From IMG/VR virus record IMGVR_UViG_3300043418_000226: a stretch of 64,000 nt of DNA; one strand, given 5' to 3'. The translations under genes and the position numbers were made by a program. Shown here one piece after another: positions 58,661 to 64,000 of this stretch. The DNA is from a virus. Lineage: Duplodnaviria; Heunggongvirae; Uroviricota; Caudoviricetes. A model generated the notes under the pieces. It saw only the letters and a list, made by a program, of their open reading frames with translations. It made no database searches and was not told the DNA's origin. Each line of letters opens with the position of its first letter. The stretch's first letter is position 1.

Positions 58661-59242
58661 TTAGTTGTGAACGTACAATGGTTTAGGTACATATTGTACT
58701 TTTCCGTCAGGAAATTTTTGAAGATAGGTTTCAACAAAAAGACCGTCGGCTTGTTCTACTTTAGGGTCCAACCTCATTTGATTTGCGTTTTTACGTCTAA
58801 CCATAAAGTTACCAATATCAATTGATCCCCACTTTGGTTGACATTTAATGTAGTGATATTGGTAATTCGTCCAATTATGAATCATATCACAATACACAAA
58901 ATGTGTTTTTGGTGTTACGGCATCTAAAAAATGGTCAACAAAAACCGGAGTATAATAGTTATCTTCTCCCGTCATAATTACCCAATCTTCTTTGGCGTGT
59001 TCCAACCCGTAATTCCTCGGGGTATGGCCCCAATCGTTATATCTTTCGGGAAGTATTGTAAATTTAATTCGTTCATCACCCTCAAAGTAATTCATTATTT
59101 TGTCTAATGTTCCTTCAGGTGGACAATCGGCAACAACGTGGATAAACCATTTGTCACTTCTTTGTGCCATGATTGAATTAATTGTACACATTAAGAAATC
59201 CGTTCTATTGTAAGTTGGGATTATAAATTCTATTTTACTCAT
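58661..59242 (-). CDS. glycosyltransferase family 2
   Basis: IIPTYNR, WGHTPRNYG, GEDNYY, IDIG. Confidence 0.85.
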   Translation of the reverse strand: MSKIEFIIPTYNRTDFLMCTINSIMAQRSDKWFIHVVADCPPEGTLDKIMNYFEGDERIKFTILPERYNDWGHTPRNYGLEHAKEDWVIMTGEDNYYTPVFVDHFLDAVTPKTHFVYCDMIHNWTNYQYHYIKCQPKWGSIDIGNFMVRRKNANQMRLDPKVEQADGLFVETYLQKFPDGKVQYVPKPLYVHN

Positions 59243-59862
59243 ATCTTATTATATAAATCGTTTTGTTTTTCTTGTTTTGTTATTGTTTTATGATGTTGAA
59301 TACAATATAACTCATTATCATTTGGTAGTGAAGAGAATTTTTGACCACCAATTATTCTTTCGTGAACTTTTCCATACCAAGTCATATTTTTTCTATAAAT
59401 TCTGCCCTGATAATCCGGATAGTTAATATGATTTTTTTCGTTTACAATCCATCCCCATTTATCTATATGTTCTTGAGTAATACCCTCAACAGTATTAATT
59501 CTTGGAACAAAAATTAAGTCCACATCGGGATTTAATTCTAAAATCTCATATAAATTCTCAATTATATATTCACTAATCATTTCATCCGCGTCAATTTGAA
59601 ATATATAATCACCCGAACAATACTCATTAAGTTTGTTCTTCCATTCGGCAAAGTTATTTTCAAAGTCAAGACCTCTCCATGTCTGCACGTTTGGTAATTT
59701 GTTGTAAGGTAATAAGAAATCTAACACATCCGGATTACCATTTTTCTCATCATAAAGAATTACTATCTCGTCCTTCGGTCTTTTGTTCTCCAATAAAAAC
59801 GGAACCAATCTCTTGATTTCCTCCATCTCGTTGCAAACTGTTATTGCGAAACTTATCTTCAT
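59239..59862 (-). CDS. glycosyltransferase family 2 (start probably 59862)
   Basis: ISFAITVCNE, FQIDADE, PDYQGRI, VHE. Confidence 0.85.
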   Translation of the reverse strand: MKISFAITVCNEMEEIKRLVPFLLENKRPKDEIVILYDEKNGNPDVLDFLLPYNKLPNVQTWRGLDFENNFAEWKNKLNEYCSGDYIFQIDADEMISEYIIENLYEILELNPDVDLIFVPRINTVEGITQEHIDKWGWIVNEKNHINYPDYQGRIYRKNMTWYGKVHERIIGGQKFSSLPNDNELYCIQHHKTITKQEKQNDLYNKI

Positions 59863-59953
59863 ATCTTTTTTTATTTTCATTTATTGTTAATTCTTCACAT
59901 TTCCAACACCATCCATCGGTTAGAACGTCCCACATATGTCTGTCACATTTCAT
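59750..59953 (-). CDS. small Cys/His protein (possible zinc finger)
   Basis: CDRH..CWKC; ATGA coupling, but a long overlap with the downstream GT2. Confidence 0.35.
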   Translation of the reverse strand: MKCDRHMWDVLTDGWCWKCEELTINENKKRYEDKFRNNSLQRDGGNQEIGSVFIGEQKTEGRDSNSL

Positions 59954-60159
59954 GCTCTCATCCCTTCATTTGCATCCCTAAATAATTGGGTTAATATTTC
60001 ATTATCAATCTCACGAACAATCTGATTAGATAATAGATTGGTTAATTCACTCTCAACGTCAATTCCGTGACTACTAAATAAATTATTTTCAATTGCTGGA
60101 GACCAATTCGCCACCATGGTCGGACCAACATATCCTGTTAAAAATTTGAAATTTCTCAT
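59950..60159 (-). CDS. mini-protein resembling the spine-helix segment of T4 gp23-type major capsid protein
   Basis: ANWSP..HGIDVESELTNLLSNQIVREIDNEIL. Confidence 0.65.
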   Translation of the reverse strand: MRNFKFLTGYVGPTMVANWSPAIENNLFSSHGIDVESELTNLLSNQIVREIDNEILTQLFRDANEGMRA

Positions 60160-60386
60160 TGTCTTTCTCTTGCGAATATTTTAAATGTCTTACCATTATG
60201 AGTAAACGTAATATCACCACCTGTAGATGGTTGAATTCTAAGACTTAATTCTTGACTACCATTTGCAAATGAAATGGGTTCCTCATTGTCAAACTGAAAA
60301 CAGAATTCATTATTTACGTGTCTATTGTTGTTTGTTAATGTTAAGGTGTTATTAACTTCCTTTTTACTAAAGAATTTAAAGTCCAT
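60156..60386 (-). CDS. hypothetical protein
   Basis: 76-aa ORF translationally coupled on both sides. Confidence 0.6.
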   Translation of the reverse strand: MDFKFFSKKEVNNTLTLTNNNRHVNNEFCFQFDNEEPISFANGSQELSLRIQPSTGGDITFTHNGKTFKIFARERQ

Positions 60387-61636
60387 TACTTTATTTTATT
60401 TAACTTTGGTAAAACCAATTTAGTTTCTTTAGGTACAGTTACGTACGGTTCAAGGATTGATTTAAATTTACTCTTCATCCCACCCATTGAAAAGTTTTGA
60501 CTATTCTCAATACGTAATTCTTCAGATTTTTCTAAAAAAGTATCGTAGTCTTTTTGAACTAATCTTAATACTTCGGCGAATTCATTATAGTTGGCGGTAA
60601 ACCATTTAGAACCTTTAATGACAAATGTATCAATGGCACTTTCATGAACTTCAGTCAATGTACCACCAACCATTATTGCCTTATCTAACGGTAAAAAATC
60701 TTTGTGTCCCGACCAATTAGATGCGATAATTGGTTTCCCCGTCATGGAGAATTCAAGAAGAGGTCTACCGAAACCCTCACCTTTGGTAATTGAAACCATT
60801 GATTTAATTTTAGGGTGATTATATAATTCATTCATTTCGGTATTGGATAAATCCCCAAACAATAAATAAACGGACGGAGAATCCTTAATTTCACCAACGA
60901 TAGATTCAATTTTAATTCTAAAATTTTCACGCTCTTTAATTGAGAATCCAGCCGATGATGTTTTTAGAATTAAAGCCGGTTTATTTTCCCGACCTTTAAA
61001 CGATTCAACAAAACTTTTCACTAACATACCAACATCTTTTCTATCTTGACCTAAATCACCCTTTAACCAATGACCAACAAATAGATAAGCAAAATCTTCT
61101 TTAATATCTAAATCAATTCCTTTATATTCATTGTTATAGATTGTTAAATCAACACCTTCAAATAAAACCTCAACAGGTTTTTCTATTTTAAATTGTTTGA
61201 TTAATTTACCGGTGTTATTTTCTAATTCGTTATAAACTGTTGACAATAAAACGTCTCTTGAAAATTTAGATGTGGTAATAATTAAATCCATTCGGTTACA
61301 TCCATCTACCCAATCTTTGGGCGCTGCCGTGGTTTCGATACCTGCGGTAATACCGATATTAAATTTTCCAACTCTTTGAAACTCATTCGGTACTGTAACT
61401 TGAATGTAGATGTCCGGTTGAACGGATAATTGAGTAATAATATTACCCTCAATCCATTTATGAAATAAATTATCATCTTCTAAAGCGGTTAATGGAGTAG
61501 AACCCCAATTACAACTATCAATTTTGATATCAAACATATCCATTTCGTACAGTGCTTGTAATAAATCTCTTGAGTGTGCACCATATCCACTTCTTGTTTT
61601 AACTGGTCCTCTAAATAATAAATTTGGTTTACTCAT
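60386..61636 (-). CDS. glycosyltransferase family 4 (GT-B)
   Basis: SGYG, FVGHW, RKDVG, GEGFGRPLLE, WSGHKDF. Confidence 0.9.
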   Translation of the reverse strand: MSKPNLLFRGPVKTRSGYGAHSRDLLQALYEMDMFDIKIDSCNWGSTPLTALEDDNLFHKWIEGNIITQLSVQPDIYIQVTVPNEFQRVGKFNIGITAGIETTAAPKDWVDGCNRMDLIITTSKFSRDVLLSTVYNELENNTGKLIKQFKIEKPVEVLFEGVDLTIYNNEYKGIDLDIKEDFAYLFVGHWLKGDLGQDRKDVGMLVKSFVESFKGRENKPALILKTSSAGFSIKERENFRIKIESIVGEIKDSPSVYLLFGDLSNTEMNELYNHPKIKSMVSITKGEGFGRPLLEFSMTGKPIIASNWSGHKDFLPLDKAIMVGGTLTEVHESAIDTFVIKGSKWFTANYNEFAEVLRLVQKDYDTFLEKSEELRIENSQNFSMGGMKSKFKSILEPYVTVPKETKLVLPKLNKIK

Positions 61637-61637
61637 A

Positions 61638-63002
61638 TTAAATTATTTTATATAAATCGAATTTTTTTCTTGGTGAAAAGTTTTCAAAAGCGGTGTCAAT
61701 ACCCTCAATCATTTTCTCACACATTATTTTATTTGATAGGTTTTTAATCATAAACTCCCTACCTTTTTTACCGTTCTCTTTTCTTTTTTTCTTAGGTAAT
61801 TTATACATTGACATAATAGCTTTGGCAACATCATCGTTGTTAACTCTATCATCAAAAATATACGGTGTTGGTACCGAACCGTTAAGATTAATTGCAGATG
61901 ACCAAACAGGAATTACCCAATCCCCTTCTTTTACCAAGTGCATTGATTTTTCTTTATGATGTAAAGAACCGATAGAAATGTAATCATCTTCAGTGAAATT
62001 AAAACCACATTGGTCCTGTAGACCACCGGTTACGTTTACAATGATTGGAGTACCTGACATTAAACTTTCTGCGGTCGTTAGACCAAACCCCTCGTTGTTT
62101 GCAATGTTAATTGCACAATCAACCATATTGTACAATTCGTTTAACATATTCTGTTCTAATTTTATGTTGGTAAATTTAACATCATAATCAGGACATAGGT
62201 CATTTTTAACGGCAATTAAATCCGTACCATTCTCATCAATTGGGGTTGTGTGCATTAACAAAAGACATTTTTTCGATTTTTCTTTTGGTAATTGGTCACA
62301 GAATAATTTAAACGAATAAATTACATCACTTGGTTGTTTCCTTCTTATGTTTCTATTATTATAGAACATAATAAAGTCATATTTTTTATCACCAATAATC
62401 GATTTAACCACATCTGAATTTACTGAGTCTAAAGGTTTAAAAACTTCAGGATTAATCCCATGAGGTACATAACTAATTTGCCAATCCTCTAAAGGTTTAA
62501 AAGTTGGTTTATCCGTTCTTTTACCTACACGATGTACAATTCCGTATGTTTGTTTTGAGATACAACCCAACCAATCACAACTTTCATAGTAATTTCTATT
62601 ATATTGTGGATCGGGTAAATCATCCCATATGTGGTAAAATAACAAAGGAACTTGTTGTCTAATTTCATGCTCATTGTCATATAACCATTGCCAATAATGT
62701 GGGTCGGTAAAATGAAGAATTGCATCTGGTTTCTCTTCTTTAATTAATTTTCTAAGAATTGTCATGTCACCATAACCATTATAAGGAATAATTTTTAAAT
62801 TGGCATCTTTCACACCGGTTCTTTCCCTAACGTCCTCGTTAACGTCAACTATACTACCCAATTCAGGATGGTTTAGAGATGCTCCCAATTGTACCCAATC
62901 ATATTTATGTATCGTTCCTAATACAAATTCTCTGGACATTGTTGCAATTCCCGATGTCATTCTTAAATCGTCGGATAAAAGTAATATTTTCTTTTTACTC
63001 AT
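61638..63002 (-). CDS. glycosyltransferase family 4 (GT-B)
   Basis: SGIA, YVPHG, NRNIRRK, NEGFGLTTAES, TGGLQDQ. Confidence 0.9.
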   Translation of the reverse strand: MSKKKILLLSDDLRMTSGIATMSREFVLGTIHKYDWVQLGASLNHPELGSIVDVNEDVRERTGVKDANLKIIPYNGYGDMTILRKLIKEEKPDAILHFTDPHYWQWLYDNEHEIRQQVPLLFYHIWDDLPDPQYNRNYYESCDWLGCISKQTYGIVHRVGKRTDKPTFKPLEDWQISYVPHGINPEVFKPLDSVNSDVVKSIIGDKKYDFIMFYNNRNIRRKQPSDVIYSFKLFCDQLPKEKSKKCLLLMHTTPIDENGTDLIAVKNDLCPDYDVKFTNIKLEQNMLNELYNMVDCAINIANNEGFGLTTAESLMSGTPIIVNVTGGLQDQCGFNFTEDDYISIGSLHHKEKSMHLVKEGDWVIPVWSSAINLNGSVPTPYIFDDRVNNDDVAKAIMSMYKLPKKKRKENGKKGREFMIKNLSNKIMCEKMIEGIDTAFENFSPRKKFDLYKII

Positions 63003-63003
63003 A

Positions 63004-63201
63004 TTAATATTTGGAACCGCTAACCGCTAAGTTCGTGTAATCATTTATCATCTTTTTAAAAGAATCGTCTTTGTTGTATAAGTCCAATGACCTGTTAACT
63101 AATTTTTGTAAATTAACATTATTGTTAATGGCGTTGACCTTAAATTTTTTGTAAACATCATCTAATACGTTTACACTTGTTAATTTAGTTTCTACTTTCA
63201 T
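63004..63201 (-). CDS. ribbon-helix-helix-like DNA-binding protein
   Basis: KLTSVNV strand followed by two helices (DDVYKKFK, LQKLVNRSLDLY); first gene of the operon. Confidence 0.6.
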   Translation of the reverse strand: MKVETKLTSVNVLDDVYKKFKVNAINNNVNLQKLVNRSLDLYNKDDSFKKMINDYTNLAVSGSKY

Positions 63202-63205
63202 AATT

Positions 63206-63265
63206 TATATACATACATACATTTGTATATATGTGTAATATAAAAAATAACGAGCAAAATGTCAA
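63206..63265 (-). promoter_or_regulatory. promoter TTGACA-N17-TATATT with downstream inverted-repeat operator candidate
   Basis: -35 at 63265-63260, -10 at 63242-63237; TATATACA-N10-TGTATATA at 63206-63231. Confidence 0.65.
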
Positions 63266-63284
63266 ATAATGCTCGTTATTTTTT
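63242..63284 (-). terminator. intrinsic terminator overlapping the promoter
   Basis: 15-bp inverted repeat AAAAAATAACGAGCA / TGCTCGTTATTTTTT with a 13-nt loop. Confidence 0.7.
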
Positions 63285-63289
63285 AACTC

Positions 63290-63436
63290 CTATTGGTTAT
63301 CCGTACCTTCGTGCTCAACAGTTGGAGGTGCCGGTTGAGTCGGTTGAGGGGTTGATGGTGTTTCATTTACAGTTATTGTTAATGGAACAGTTTGAACAGG
63401 TTGTTCTTGATTTCTTTTTTTGCAGCCACATGACAT
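63290..63436 (-). CDS. 48-aa protein with N-terminal CGC and Pro/Thr-rich tail; not in ORF track
   Basis: Manual translation MSCGCKKRNQEQPVQTVPLTITVNETPSTPQPTQPAPPTVEHEGTDNQ; TATTTATA upstream, terminator downstream. Confidence 0.65.
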   Translation of the reverse strand: MSCGCKKRNQEQPVQTVPLTITVNETPSTPQPTQPAPPTVEHEGTDNQ

Positions 63437-63462
63437 AATTTTAAGGTTTTTTTATAAATATT

Positions 63463-63491
63463 TTGGTTTATTGATTTTTATTTCTTATACT
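63463..63491 (+). promoter_or_regulatory. promoter TTGGTT-N17-TATACT
   Basis: Upstream of the ATG at 63527. Confidence 0.45.
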
Positions 63492-63526
63492 TTTTAAAAA
63501 CATACATAATTTAATTAAAAAAACAA

Positions 63527-64000
63527 ATGGAAAAAGACTTTAAACCCGTAAAAAGTGTATACGAAAGTAATTTCGACGCTATAACAAACATCATGGCGTT
63601 ATATAAAATCGAAAGGTTCGATTTAGATTGTACATATTCTAAGGGTAACTTTTGGAAGGACCTACCGTCACCGGTTAATAAATCAGACATTTATCCCGTA
63701 AATGAAACGGTTGTTAAGGCTAGTTCGGAAGACCTACCGTTTGATGATAATTCAATGAAAAGTATTATGTATGACCCACCTTTCGTTATTGCCGGTAAAT
63801 CTTATCGTGATAATAAAGAAGGTAGTTCAATCATCGCAAAACGATTCGAAGGTTATGAGTCATATCCTCAATTGAAAAACAATTACTTCAACACATTAAA
63901 AGAACTTTATCGTGTATGTGATAAGGGTGGATTTGTTGTGTTCAAGTGTCAAGATACGGTATCGGGCGGTAGAAATCACTTCTCTCACGTTATGGTAATG
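63527..64000 (+). CDS. amino-DNA methyltransferase (N6-adenine/N4-cytosine type), truncated by window end
   Basis: Manual translation: LDCTYSKGNFW, LPFDDNS, MYDPPF, ELYRVC..GFVVFKCQD. Confidence 0.8.
   Translation, partial: MEKDFKPVKSVYESNFDAITNIMALYKIERFDLDCTYSKGNFWKDLPSPVNKSDIYPVNETVVKASSEDLPFDDNSMKSIMYDPPFVIAGKSYRDNKEGSSIIAKRFEGYESYPQLKNNYFNTLKELYRVCDKGGFVVFKCQDTVSGGRNHFSHVMVM

Noticed and set aside
58094-59242. Two genes ending in HN (LTIHN, LYVHN) as Hint C-termini
   Set aside because: Both are GT2 paralogs and show no other Hint blocks.
27511-63002. Island as a bacterial chromosomal O-antigen/capsule locus
   Set aside because: There are no wzx/wzy/ABC exporter or chain-length genes, and the surrounding genes are phage-like (fibres, gp46-like ATPase, phage-type promoters).
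1-64000. Alternative genetic code (stop reassignment)
   Set aside because: Long genes are intact in code 11, coding density is high, and TAA, TAG and TGA all end genes at sensible, tightly coupled positions.
1-64000. tRNA, rRNA or integrase/transposase genes
   Set aside because: None were recognised by eye; intergenic gaps are short and AT-rich. A covariance search was not run.

Overview
This AT-rich, gene-dense window (standard code) looks like part of a large, T4-like or jumbo tailed phage. The host is probably Bacteroidota: there are no Shine-Dalgarno motifs, and there is a TAnnTTTG promoter, a short RpoD-type sigma factor, an Hc1-like histone protein, a DUF6576-like tail and a signal peptide followed by Gln. 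All calls come from reading motifs by eye; no searches were run. Layout: (1) 0-16.6 kb: SbcC/Rad50 ATPase, ClpP, membrane/lysis-like genes, sigma factor, degenerate amidase, acidic putative head proteins, Dam-like methylase, AAA ATPase, thioredoxin and glutaredoxin. (2) 16.7-27.5 kb: Ser/Thr/Gly-rich fibre proteins with shared repeats, two LamG proteins and a glycine-rich adhesin-like protein. (3) 27.5-52.8 kb: a large tailoring-enzyme island with glycosyltransferases, a methyltransferase, seven N-terminal-twitch radical SAM enzymes, an SGNH protein, a carbamoyltransferase, an APS kinase/nucleotidyltransferase pair, three 2OG-Fe(II) oxygenases and a sulfotransferase. (4) 52.8-63.2 kb: a convergent minus-strand sugar-modification and glycosyltransferase operon headed by an RHH-like regulator, then a partial DNA methyltransferase. 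The best candidate for a new system is the gene at 49108-50973. It encodes an ATP-grasp-like domain fused to two tandem Hint domains with complementary defects that bracket the hexapeptide PIRGVS, resembling a natural two-intein peptide-excision cassette. The five enzymes flanking it share a basic-then-hydrophobic C-terminal tail. Other highlights are a stand-alone mini-gene resembling the major-capsid spine helix, a candidate -1 frameshift and two promoter classes.
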